DNA of 64,000 nt from a bacterium (GTDB lineage Bacteria > SAR324 > NAC60-12), in the NCBI GenBank assembly GCA_965209155.1, contig OZ242383.1, positions 2,496,001 through 2,560,000 on the forward strand. The letters are read 5' to 3'. Both the position numbers and the translations under genes were made by a program. Below the pieces are notes generated by a model. It saw nothing but the letters and a program-made list of their open reading frames with translations. It was not told where the DNA came from and searched no databases. Each line of letters opens with the position of its first letter. Position 1 is the first letter of the stretch. Of the stretch, positions 33,539 through 44,254 are shown piece by piece.

Positions 33539-34103
33539 ATTAATCTCATTAAACCACCAGCTCTGCTGGTGCGAAGCTAATAGGCTTTGCCGGTCAGACA
33601 TGAGAAACGTATCCGTGTCCGTAAGCCGTGCTCGTGCTCGTGAACGGTCAGTGAATTCGACGGTACATTTTGGTTAACATAGAAACAATGCGATGAAGTA
33701 ACTGTTTCCCTTCGTCAAATAAAGGAGGCTGGATGATCTTCAACACGTTTAAAACATCGAGAATAGCAGCGCATTCCATTGCGGAACCTCGGTCAAATGC
33801 ATAGAATCGTTGCTTGTCAGGAAAGGAATTTTTTCCACAGCCTTCTGCGATATTGAGAGGAATCGACCATGAGGCCCTTTTCAGTTGGTCAACTAAGGCT
33901 GAGTATCCTTTTGGCAATGTTTCGATGACTTGGACAGATAACGCTAAAAATTCGATGGAACATTGGTATACATCGAGTTTTTCATGATCTAACATGGCAG
34001 CCTTTTTCGTTCACGAGCACGAGCACGTTTTACGATGACGAACACGTTTTGCCCCCATCCTGGGGGCCTCTTCAAGCCACCGGCTCTGCCGGTGGTGATG
34101 ACT
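33539..34103. mobile_element. Four-helix-bundle cassette, copy B (565 bp, IS200-like hairpin ends, no transposase)
   Basis: End hairpins CACCAGC-TCT-GCTGGTG and CCACCGGC-TCT-GCCGGTGG; same boundaries as copies C and E. Confidence 0.85.
33648..33995 (-). CDS. Four-helix-bundle protein (23S-IVS protein / Avd-like)
   Basis: EKLDVYQ, DQLKRASWSIPLNIAEG and RGSAMEC motifs. Confidence 0.9.
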   Translation of the reverse strand: MLDHEKLDVYQCSIEFLALSVQVIETLPKGYSALVDQLKRASWSIPLNIAEGCGKNSFPDKQRFYAFDRGSAMECAAILDVLNVLKIIQPPLFDEGKQLLHRIVSMLTKMYRRIH

Positions 34104-34142
34104 CAACAATTATGATCTGTCCTGCCGGTCCCGGATCATCAA

Positions 34143-34480
34143 GGGAAGGAAGAGAGGCACAAAGGCACAAAGGCACAAAGGCGCAAAGGCACAAAGGGGG
34201 GAAGAAAGGCACAAAGGCACAAAGGCACAAAGGCACAAAGGGAAGGCACAAAGGCACAAAGGCACAAAGGGGGGAAGAAAGGCACAAAGGGGGGAAGAAA
34301 GGCACAAAGGCACAAAGGCACAAAGGCACAAAGGGGGGAAGAGAGGCACAAAGGCATAGAGACGCGTGAAGGAACCGAAAACCGAAAACTGATAACTGAC
34401 AACTGACAACCGATAACTGACAACCGATAACCGATAACTGGCGCAAAAGCGCCATGCGCAAAGGAGACTCGTGAAGGAAG
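34143..34480. repeat. Octamer-linker-heptamer composite array
   Basis: Ends in AAGGAGACTCGTGAAGGAA, overlapping the ltaE start. Confidence 0.9.
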
Positions 34481-35538
34481 GTCCCATCAATCTTTACAGC
34501 GACACGCAAACGCGGCCCACGGCAGGTATGCGTCAAGCCATAGCAGTGGCGGAAGTGGGGGATGAACAGCACGGAGGCGACCCCACGGTCAATCGGCTTT
34601 GTGAAAAAGTGGCGACAATGCTTGGCAAGGAAGCTGCTGTTTTCCTGCCCTCCGGTACCATGTGCAATGAGATTGCCATCTTGGTGCATTGCCGTCCGGG
34701 TGACGAAATTTATGCGGACCGTACGGCGCATGTCATCAATGCGGAAGCAGGGGGCCCTGCTGCCTTGGCCGGGGTTCACGTCACCGCTTTGTCCGGGGAA
34801 CACGGCATTTACAGGGCAGAGTTGCTCGAGACCTCGATTCGCCATGAAAACCGTCACAGTCCGCGACCGAAGCTGGTGGAGATCGAGCAAACCTCCAATT
34901 TGGGGGGAGGCACGATTTGGCCTTTGGAAGAAATCCGATCCGTGGCGGAAGTCGCCAAGCGGCGAAATCTGCTGCTGCACCTGGACGGAGCGAGACTGTT
35001 CAATGCGGTGGTGGAGTCGGGAGTCTCACCTGCCACTTATTGCAGTTTTTTTGGCAGCGTCTGGATTGACTTGAGCAAGGGACTGGGATGCCCGGTGGGT
35101 GCCGTCCTGGCAGGAAGCCATACGTTCATTGAAGAAGCATGGCGCTGGAAACAACGAATGGGAGGAGCGATGCGCCAATCGGGGATGCTCGCGGCAGCAG
35201 GTCTTTACGCATTGGAGCACCATATCGAGCGATTGCGCGAGGATCATCAAAATGCCCGCCTCCTGGCCGAGATGGTGACCCGGCACCGGGGCGTCCTTTT
35301 GCCGTCCGGGAGTATCGAAACCAATATCGTCTTCATCGACGTCTCCGCAACCGGAGTCCCTGCCGCTTTGATCAGCAAAAGCCTTGAAGACGAGGGAATC
35401 AACATCGGATCCTTCGGCGTCACCCTGCTGCGGGCCGTCACGCACCTGGACGTCGACCGCGAGCAGGTGGAAACCGCGGGAAACGCTTTTCTCGCAACAA
35501 TCAAAAAACTCTCGAAAAGAGAGGCACAAAGGCACTGA
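34471..35538 (+). CDS. ltaE: Low-specificity L-threonine aldolase
   Basis: SDTQT, PSGTMCN, HLDGARLFNA, LSKGLGCPVG and GGAMRQSG motifs. Confidence 0.9.
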   Translation: MKEGPINLYSDTQTRPTAGMRQAIAVAEVGDEQHGGDPTVNRLCEKVATMLGKEAAVFLPSGTMCNEIAILVHCRPGDEIYADRTAHVINAEAGGPAALAGVHVTALSGEHGIYRAELLETSIRHENRHSPRPKLVEIEQTSNLGGGTIWPLEEIRSVAEVAKRRNLLLHLDGARLFNAVVESGVSPATYCSFFGSVWIDLSKGLGCPVGAVLAGSHTFIEEAWRWKQRMGGAMRQSGMLAAAGLYALEHHIERLREDHQNARLLAEMVTRHRGVLLPSGSIETNIVFIDVSATGVPAALISKSLEDEGINIGSFGVTLLRAVTHLDVDREQVETAGNAFLATIKKLSKREAQRH

Positions 35539-35757
35539 GGGAAGGCACAAAGGCACTGAGGGAAGGCACAAAGGCACAGAGGCACAAAGGCACTGAGGGA
35601 AGGCACAGAGGCACAGAGGCACAAAGGCATACGGGATTCCTGGTCACTTCCCTGTCCCTGACAAGTGGCTCGATACCTGTACGGGACGTGTCTTCAGCGA
35701 TCCCTCAATAATATTTCGTTCATTCCTTGGTTCCGGCCTCTCCCAGTCCAAAGAAAA

Positions 35758-36067
35758 TCAGAATTTTTGGACAAGGTGGTTGATCAGTGCTTTCAATAAT
35801 CGTTCATGTCGTTCAGGATCAATGGTTCCAATTGATCCTGCGATATTCTTCCGGGGTAAAACTGCTAGAAAACTCAGGCGGATCAAGGATGCAGCGACTA
35901 AGCCGCTCGAGGTAAAATCGGTATCTGCAAGAGAGATGATTTCGTCAAACCCCTGTAGATAGTGGTGTAGTTGAGTACTGACCCCACAGACCAGCACGTC
36001 CCCATACCCTGGCATTTCGCACAGGACAATCGCCGGGCGATTCTTCAACTTGCCATCGGCTTGCGCA
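35758..36067 (-). pseudogene. PemK/MazF-family toxin lacking its native N-terminus
   Basis: QADGKLKNRPAIVL...VCGVST...SSGL..ASLIRL...IGTI; 5' end replaced by a MITE. Confidence 0.75.
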
Positions 36068-36164
36068 GGGGTCAGGCTTGGAAGTTTGGAAAAATCTTTC
36101 GGGGTCACTGTCATCGATCATCCCTCGCAAAAACTGATTTTTCCAAACTTCCAAGCCTGACCCC
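36068..36164. mobile_element. GGGGTCAGGCTTG hairpin MITE (variant)
   Basis: Both arms carry the matching change GGAAGTTTGG/CCAAACTTCC. Confidence 0.8.
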
Positions 36165-36167
36165 GTA

Positions 36168-36398
36168 CTAATCAGGATTTGCTTCTTTGATCGCGTCCAG
36201 GGAATACTCGGGTTCCTTTTCCCCATACGCGTTTTCTAATGTCTGTTTTGATAAGTGCATCCACTCGTCATGCTCGTCATCAGGAGACGGCTTTGGGGAT
36301 ACGATGACCAGTAATGGAGTATCTGGTTCTAATTGACATGGTTCGTCCAGGCAAATTCGTTCTCCATCAAAATGAGCTCTTATTGTTCGAGGATTCAT
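36168..36398 (-). CDS. Putative antitoxin of the PemK-type toxin
   Basis: Small acidic ORF (IRAHFDG..LDEP...AYGEKEPEY) directly upstream of the toxin. Confidence 0.55.
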   Translation of the reverse strand: MNPRTIRAHFDGERICLDEPCQLEPDTPLLVIVSPKPSPDDEHDEWMHLSKQTLENAYGEKEPEYSLDAIKEANPD

Positions 36399-36644
36399 AC
36401 ACGCTTCTCCTTCAGATCGAGATCGCCGCCTGACGGCTTCGAATTCAAGCAATTTTTCACTACATTCTCAAGTCTGCTTAACAAGTCTTTCAGGTATTCA
36501 AGATCTTGAACTTCCTTTTTAAAAGTAGAGCAAGCATGAGAAAAAGCCTGAGTCCGAAACAACCACATGAAACAATCATTAACTGACAACCGAAAACCGA
36601 TAACCGATCACTGGCAAAAACGAAATGTTGTTTGCTTTCAAGAT

Positions 36645-37055
36645 TCAGTGGGAAGCTTCTTTGACCAGGTTGCGGTTCCAACCCGGAATTTCAACCACAA
36701 CGTCTTCACTGCCATCGGGGACGCATTGACAGGCAAGCCGGGATTCGGGCTGTAAGCCTGGAGCCAATTCCAGCATATCCTCCTCGTCTTCACTGGCTTC
36801 GTTGCAACTCCCGAGTCCTTCCCTGACAATGACGTGACAAGTGGAACACGCGCACACGCCGCCACAGGAATGGTCGATTTCCAATCCATTCCGGGTGGCG
36901 ATATCCAGTATCGATCCCAATTGCCCTTCACAAGCTTGCGCGAGCTGGGCGGGATTCACTTCCACGACTTTATTTTCGGGAAGGAATCGAATTCTGTAAG
37001 TCTTTTGGGGAAGACGGACTTCGATTTCGTTCAGGTAAGGATTGATGCCGGACAT
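36645..37055 (-). CDS. fdx: 2Fe-2S ferredoxin, ISC/adrenodoxin type
   Basis: HSCGGVCACSTCHV and SRLACQ motifs. Confidence 0.9.
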   Translation of the reverse strand: MSGINPYLNEIEVRLPQKTYRIRFLPENKVVEVNPAQLAQACEGQLGSILDIATRNGLEIDHSCGGVCACSTCHVIVREGLGSCNEASEDEEDMLELAPGLQPESRLACQCVPDGSEDVVVEIPGWNRNLVKEASH

Positions 37056-37087
37056 TGATGGAATCGCTCGAAAAAAGTAAAGGATTA

Positions 37088-37564
37088 ACGTGAATCAGGA
37101 GTTAAAAAACGTGTCATTCCTGTCTTGTCCAAGAATCCAAGGTATCCCAGAAAGTGTCATTCCTGGCTTGACCCGGAATCCAGGGAAGCGATACAGACCC
37201 TGGATCCCAGATCAAGTCCGGGATGACAACACTGAGCCTTTTCGGAATGACAACAGCGCGAATCGCTGCAAGGACAACGCTGCCAGAATCCCGGAACGGA
37301 TCGAATCAGACGCTGGATTCCTGGTCTGGGCCAGGAATGACAAGACGAGGGCAACTGCGTGAATCAACGAAAGGACAACTCTCCCGCTATCCAGTCCCAA
37401 TGCGTACCATTTCAAAGACTATTGAATCCATTTCTAGTCATTCCTGGCTTGACCCGGAATCCAGTATGCCTTTGCGCCTTTGCGCCCCTCTTCCTTTGTG
37501 CCTTTGTGCCTTTGTGCCTTTGTGCCTTCCCTTTTTATAAATTAAATTTCAACCCCCGATTCGC
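37088..37564. repeat. GAATCAGGAGTT-ended element swollen with REP dimers and octamers
   Basis: Termini match 3031-3192 and 9064-9421. Confidence 0.75.
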
Positions 37565-37572
37565 ATGTTTTT

Positions 37573-37893
37573 TTAAAATCGTACGAGTTTCTGGATGCGT
37601 TCTGCGATCAAATGCGCCAATCGATTGTAGAATTCTTCCTGCTCCGCTTGGGCGATCCATTTTTGAGACTTTTCCTCCCATTTGAAATGCCAGGCTCGGG
37701 CGCCTCCTGCCATCCATATTTCGTGAATGGCGCGCTGGGTATTGATGACAAGGGGGCTGCTGCCGTTTTCGAAGTGGATTTCAATTTTTCCGTCTGCTTT
37801 GTCGTAGTCGATGTCCTCTTCGAATTCATCCAGTTTGTCTTCCACGGTTCTGAAAAGTTCGTCTGCCATTTTGAGATAGACTGCCATTTCCAT
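37573..37893 (-). CDS. cyaY: Iron donor protein CyaY (frataxin)
   Basis: LVINTQRAIHEIWMAG...WHF motif; next to fdx. Confidence 0.88.
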   Translation of the reverse strand: MEMAVYLKMADELFRTVEDKLDEFEEDIDYDKADGKIEIHFENGSSPLVINTQRAIHEIWMAGGARAWHFKWEEKSQKWIAQAEQEEFYNRLAHLIAERIQKLVRF

Positions 37894-40632
37894 AAGCGCT
37901 CCTTTTTAAATTACCAATGCCTGGAATTCAAATAGTACTGATTCAGTCCTATTTAAATACAAAAAAAGCGGATTGTCAAGAGCGGGACCCTGCTCGATGG
38001 CGATCGTCCGGTCGCACCCTAGAACTGCATTCCGAGGTGAAGGCTGGCGGAATAGCCTCTGTCATTCGAACCCAATCCGGAGGCGGAAACTTCTCCGCCC
38101 AGCGACCAACGTTTCCAGCGGTAAACTGCGCCCAGGTCCAACATTCCCCGGGTCCGGGGAGCTTTCGAGACGAGACGCTCCCTTGAGACGTCCGCCACGG
38201 TCTCCGCATCCCCAAGCACCTGTTCCAGGTCTAGCCGGCCGTGCAGGATAAGTTGCGGTTTGCTGCCGTCCAAAGAATGCGCGTATTCCGTGACGATGCC
38301 GAGACCCACGATGGACCGCGCCGATTTGAGGAGTGAGACCCGCGACCCGACCACGTCCCGGAATCCGTCCATCGAAACGTCCGAGTGGGTCGACCACGCC
38401 CGGGGCGTCAAAGACAGGTTGTCCACGAACGAGAAACGCCGGCCCGCCTCGACTCCGAGGGAACGGATCGTCGCGTCTGCACCCTCTACCAGGACACCCC
38501 GGCCGTCTGCACTCAGGTCCGTCTCGTAGCGGGTCATCGAAATGAGCCCGTTCGTATAGTAGCCGGTGGCATTTTGCCAGGAGAGCCCGAAAGAGGCGCC
38601 GTAACCCGTGGCCTCGATCTTTCCGCCGCCCGTCGGTGCGGAGACGTCCGCCGTGCCCCGTGTATGAAGAAGTGAGGCCCAACCGCTCACGTTCTTTTCC
38701 CGGGAAACAGCAAACTCCATCCCCGCCTCGGCCTCGAAGCGTCCGAAATCGTAAGCCGCGCCGACAAGTGAGTGATCCGGAGTATAGGAACCCTGGCCGC
38801 CCGAAATCCTGAACCACGTGGGCGAGTTATGCCCGTGCAAGCGATTCCCGACTACCTCCCGGTTGTCCAGCCGCAACATGAAACCGGGCAGCGCTTCGTA
38901 GACCGCCGCCCGTGGCCTATATGAGGAGGTCAAGAAATCCGCCGGCAGGAATGCTCGTCCTGCGACGGTCTCCGTGCCCGTGAGGGAAACGTCGCGCGCA
39001 CCGTTCGGCGCCCACGCGCCCGTCGCACCCGTCGTGCCGTCGTGCAGGAGCACCCCGTTGACTACGACCGTGGTCCGGCCGTCGTCGTTCCTGATCTCAC
39101 CTGCGATCGCATCGCTCACCCGGCGGCCGTCCAACTGCGCTTCGACGCGCAATGCAGCTCCTTCTGCCTCGGCCCGTATGGCGACGCCCGAGTCCGCGCC
39201 GACGCTACCCTGGGGGCCAATCTCAACCCGGCCGCCGCCATAAAGGCGGACTCCTGCCCCCACACCCGTGCCACCCCACACGCGTCCGTTCACAAAGACA
39301 TCCTGAGGACGGTAGCCCTCCGCGGCCGAGGCTCCACCCGATTCGCTTCTGTCGAGCACGACGTCTTCTCCCGCAGGGGCCTTGATCGGCCCTGTCCTGC
39401 CTTCGAAAATCCGACCAGTGAGGCCGACCAGGATGCCGGAACTGCCTGCGCCTTCCGCCAAAATCGTACCACCGTCGACGCGAATACCAATGCTGCCTTT
39501 GCCCGTGAAATTGAAGGCCCGGATGCCGGCAACACTCTCTCCTTTCACCGTGACTGTCGAATCGCGAACATCAATGCTGACGTCGCCCGTGCCCTCGTGG
39601 CGTTGGCCTCCGCCAATTCCCACGGAACGGTCGCCTTCGACTTCGATGTCGACTTCGAGCGCGTTAATGTCGATGTCGCCCTTGCTGTCATGTATGAAAG
39701 ACATTCCGCCGGAGTCTGCGCCTTTCGTCACGATTTCGGCGCGTCGTACATCGACGTGAATGTCTCCCGCTTCACTCCAGTATCCACCCCAAATGCCGTC
39801 AAGACTCCTCCCACCCTCTTCGTTGTCGTGCATGCTATAGATGCCGTGGATGCCGGAGATATCAATCTTGACGTCTTGGATATCATAGGTGAGGTCACCA
39901 CCTTCACCCCTCGCATAAACAGCGGAGATACCGTTTGAGCCCTCCGATGCTTTGGTCTGGACATTGATGATGCTATTCCGAACGGTGACGTTCGTATTAC
40001 CGCTGCCAAGATGAAGGCCATAAACTCCATCATGTTCACTTGTGCCGCTAATGTCTATTTTGACATTTTGGACGTCGAGATTGAGGTCTCCGGTATCGCG
40101 CAGGGCGCCGAAGACTCCCGTGGCCAATTCGGCGTCGATCTCGATCTCGGTGTCCTGCACGGCGATGTTTGTATTGCCGTTGCCAAAATGAATGCCAAGA
40201 ATTCCGTCAAGCTGACCCGTGCCGCTCATGACTATTTTGGTATTTTGGACGTCGAGATTCAGGTCTCCGGTGTCACGGAGGGCGCCGAAGACGCCTGTGC
40301 CCGACTCGGCATCGATCTCGATGTCGGTGTCCTGCACGGCGATGCGGGTCTTGCCGCTGCCAAGATGGTAGCCATAAATTCCGTCAAGCCGACCAGCGCC
40401 GCTAATATCTATCCTGGCATTTTGGACGTCGAGGTTGAAGGCTCCGGTGTCACTATGAACACCGTACACGCCTGAGGCCGCCTCGGCGTCGATTTTAATG
40501 TCGGTGTCCTGTACGGCAATATTCAGGTCTCCGTCGACGCGTTGGGCTCCGACGATACCGACAGGCGCTCCGTCCGAATCGATGACGACGTTGCGAACGA
40601 TGAGATCGTGGTCGCCGCTGAATTCGTCGTTT

Positions 40633-42637
40633 GCGCGCCAAGCGAAGCTTGGCGCATCTTGCGGGGTGCAAGTCCCCGTCGGGTAAGACCTAGCCAGTCA
40701 CCCGTATCGAGTGTTGCGTGTATGGCGGAGGCTCTACCGGGAAATCTTGTGGGTATCACCCAGATACTCAAAGGACATTGGGAGTCGGCTCGATCGACAA
40801 TCCACCATGAGAGGCACCGGTTATCCGAACAAGATACACGAAGCGTACACAGAGAAACTTGCAGGCCGTAGGGAGAGCCGCCTCCTGAAAGTTGATACAG
40901 CCTCGAAACAAGTAGTCGTGGTCGGCGAGGGTGTTAACGAATGCCGAAGCCAACACAAGAGCATCCGTCAATGGCGAGGATGTGAAGGGCCACCGGGGTC
41001 CACCTTAGACTATGGCATGTAAGTAAAGATGCGGACAAGAACTTGGGAAGCCCTGAAAAGAAGCCTGTTTTACAGGTCGAATGAGAATTACCTTAATGGG
41101 GAAAGCCATTTGGTTTCAGGGTGGCGGATCAGGCGTAGTACTCTGAGGTAGGGAGAGCCTACTACAGGGGGAAGGACCTGACGGAAGTACGTAACCTATC
41201 AAAGGCAACTTATGCCGGACAATGCTGGATCGGATAAACATAAGCCAACCTCACTGAGGGGTATAGCAATCACAGCGGCTTCTAATAAGCAACATCGCTT
41301 TAGAAATCTCTACGGATTACTCAATCGAGAGTTGCTCTATGAAGGCTGGAAGCGCCTCAATAAGCAGGCAGCCAGCGGAGTAGACAAAGTAACGGCGAGG
41401 GAGTATTCTCAAAATCTGTTAGACAATCTCTCTGATTTAGAGAGGCGGTTGAAAGAGAAGACGTACAAAGCGAAACTCATCAGACGTTCTTATATTCCCA
41501 AAGAAAACGGAAAGCAGAGGCCCTTGGGAATTCCCGCTCTGGAGGACAAGATCGTCCAAGCGGCTTGTCAGATGATTCTCACAGCGATCTATGAAGAGGG
41601 ATTTCTGAATAGTAGCTATGGATATCGTCCTCGACGAGGGCCAGAGGATGCGGTGAGCGACCTGACTTTTCAATTGCAATACGGGGTTTATGGGTATGTC
41701 GTGGAAGCCGATGTCAAAGGTTTCTTCGACAATATCGATCACGAATGGCTTTTGGAGATGTTACGTTTGCGCATTGATGACAAGGCTTTCCTGCAATTGA
41801 TCAGAAAATGGCTGAAAGCCGGAATTCTCATGCCGGAATGTGAGGTGATCTACCCGGAGACGGGCAGTCCGCAAGGAGGATTGGTCTCGCCCATCCTCTC
41901 GAATATCTACCTTCATTTTGTGCTGGATTTGTGGTTCGAGAAAGTGGTCAAACCTCAGTGTAGAGGGGAGGCCCTCTTGTGTCGGTTTGCCGATGATTGG
42001 GTCTGTGCATTCCGCTTCCAGGAGGATGCCGAAAGATTCTATCGGTGCTTGCCGGAGCGACTGCGCAAATTCAACCTCACCCTCGAAACCACCAAATCTG
42101 GAATTCTTCGTTTCAGTCGCTTTCATCCTAGTCGGAAGAGACGTTTCACCTTTCTGGGATTCGAGTTCTCTTGGTTCCCGGATCGGGCAGGAACGCCACG
42201 AGTTCAGCGGCGAACAGCAGGCAAGAAGCTGCAAGCGGCTGAAAAAGGGATGAAAGAATGGATCAAGAAGAACAGGCACTTAAAAGTAGGAGACTTCTTT
42301 AAAGCCCTGAATAGCAAACTCCGAGGCTATTATAATTACTATGGCGTGCGAGGGAATTTCGATTCGCTCCTGCGTTTTCACAGGCATGTGAGGGATCTCT
42401 GCTTCAAATGGCTGAATCGTCGATCTCAACGACGCAGTTATAATGGGGAAGGGTTCAAACAGATGCTCAAATATGTGAACATGGTGTTGCCGAGGATCAC
42501 GGAAAAGAAACGTCTGCATACTGTTGTTTTAGAAAGACGCTGAGCGGAAGCGAGTACAACCGAGGAGCCCCGTGAGGGAATACTTCATGCGGGGATCTGT
42601 GCGGGGGGTGCCGGGTAACTGGCATTCCTACCGCGTC
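40633..42637 (+). mobile_element. Group II intron (2005 bp), possibly bacterial class E
   Basis: Boundaries fixed by the intron-less paralog; domain V GAGCCCCGTGAGGGAATACTTCATGCGGGGATC and domain VI near 42565-42637. Confidence 0.92.
41212..42543 (+). CDS. ltrA: Group II intron reverse transcriptase/maturase without an endonuclease domain
   Basis: RPLGIPALEDK, GSPQGG, RFADD, FTFLGF and LRGYYNYY (X domain). Confidence 0.93.
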   Translation: MPDNAGSDKHKPTSLRGIAITAASNKQHRFRNLYGLLNRELLYEGWKRLNKQAASGVDKVTAREYSQNLLDNLSDLERRLKEKTYKAKLIRRSYIPKENGKQRPLGIPALEDKIVQAACQMILTAIYEEGFLNSSYGYRPRRGPEDAVSDLTFQLQYGVYGYVVEADVKGFFDNIDHEWLLEMLRLRIDDKAFLQLIRKWLKAGILMPECEVIYPETGSPQGGLVSPILSNIYLHFVLDLWFEKVVKPQCRGEALLCRFADDWVCAFRFQEDAERFYRCLPERLRKFNLTLETTKSGILRFSRFHPSRKRRFTFLGFEFSWFPDRAGTPRVQRRTAGKKLQAAEKGMKEWIKKNRHLKVGDFFKALNSKLRGYYNYYGVRGNFDSLLRFHRHVRDLCFKWLNRRSQRRSYNGEGFKQMLKYVNMVLPRITEKKRLHTVVLERR

Positions 42638-43967
42638 GCGTCAAATTCATCGCCACGATAGCTGTGGATGGCGAATGCTCTCGGCCAATCGGTCGTGATC
42701 GAGAAAAAGCCGCCTGCGATTTCCGTGCGCATCGCCCCCGACTTCCCGTAGTGGGCAACCGAAATCCCTCTCGCATTCGAGGTCACGTTGGCGGAAGAGA
42801 ATAACGAGACGTCACCCGTATGCTCCCCATCCGTCTCGATCCTGACGGCGCTGTAAAGGGGATCTCCCTCTCCGGGAAAAACCAGTTGGTCGTCGTCGGG
42901 GTCGTCTCGGTCGTAGCGTACCGGCAGGCCATCGCTGAGCCGGATGGTGAAATCGCCCCTGTCCGTTTCACTGGGGTGGTACACGATGTTGCCATCCACG
43001 GCCGCATCGTAGTTCGAGGTCGAGCAGACGATCACCATCCCCGCTTCGGGTCGACCGCATTCATTCTCTGCCCGCACCTCGCCCGCGATGCTGAGCGCGA
43101 CGGACAATACGATGAAGGCGATGCCGGGTGAAATCCCGGCGTTCATGTATTTTCTGTACATCAAGTCCTCCCAACCGGGTTTTCCCGGAAAAGCGTTAAT
43201 CAGCATATCAGTTTCCTTTACTATAAGGTAAAATTGTCACGAAAAAGTGCTTTTGCGCATTTTCATCTTCCTGCGTCTTTCTTTCCAATTCACTCAAATC
43301 CGTTACTGCATAAGCGCAACCTGCTATCAGCGTCATCATATAGTTGTTGAAGGGGAAAGTCATGGATTCTCTGGATTGGCATTCAAATTGCTTGAAAAGA
43401 TAATGCAGTCAGTATCTTAAATCTTCCTGTTTCAAACCACAAACTGGTTACCAGAGGGGAAGGTATAGACAGGGGCGGCGTGGCGTGTTGCCGCGTTGCT
43501 CTCCATAAAACCGTGCCTCGGTGAGTGCAAACTTGCCGAGGCGTTTCTTTGTTCAGCATACAAATTCCAAGATCCTGTTTGAAAGTCATTCAATACGCAT
43601 TCACATCAAGCAAATCACAGCGAGATCGATCATGTTTTCAGAGTTTTTTGTTTTTCTTTCACAATCGACTTTGAGTCTTCGATACCATCCAAACCAGGAA
43701 AAGGTTCTTTGAAGACGAGAAACACTTTCTGTCCGGACTGAAAAAGGTAGAAAGGATACGGAGTGCCCATCCGGAACGAGTCTCTCTTTCAGTTTATAGG
43801 GAGGCCTCTTCGAGAGGAATTAATATTGCCGATCCCCCTCTCTCCAGGAAGGACGATTTGAATTGTTGCATTACCTCCAGGAACAAAGCATATCCAGTAA
43901 TTATCATCGCAATGGGAATCTGGGAGAACGAGAGCCTCTACATTGAACCGGGTCGATCACCAGGAAA

Positions 43968-44143
43968 GGGAGCTGGCTTGGAAGTTTGGAATTTGAAGCA
44001 AAGCTTTGAGTCTGAAGGATTTCCAGGCAATCTTGGCGTTACCGGGATGGATTCGTTTCCTCGATGGATGAACCCTGTTAATCAGCGGTTATCAATCAAC
44101 CCATTTAAAAAATCACTTTTTCCATTCTCTCAAGCCAGACCCC
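43968..44143. mobile_element. Diverged, longer relative of the GGGGTCAGGCTTG MITE
   Basis: CTGGCTTGGAAGTTTGGAA ... TTCCATTCTCTCAAGCCAGACCCC. Confidence 0.45.
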
Positions 44144-44254
44144 GAAATTCTTCAGATAGCAGAAAAATCTTTTCAAATTCTGATTTTTCTTATATTTTTG
44201 ACTCACTGGAATTCTGATTTTCAGCCCGAACTATATTTTAATTCCGTCAGTCTG

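Larger units (their letters stand above)
38019..43206 (-). pseudogene. Autotransporter gene (1060 aa when rejoined) interrupted by an antisense group II intron
   Basis: Removing 40633-42637 restores the frame (...EFDA-NDEFSGDH...) and matches the paralog at 47968-50781; C-terminal beta-barrel ends LGMQF. Confidence 0.9.

Noticed and set aside
36395..36589. 64-aa ORF between fdx and the antitoxin
   Set aside because: Begins in heptamer repeats and has no recognisable motif; may be a remnant but is unsupported
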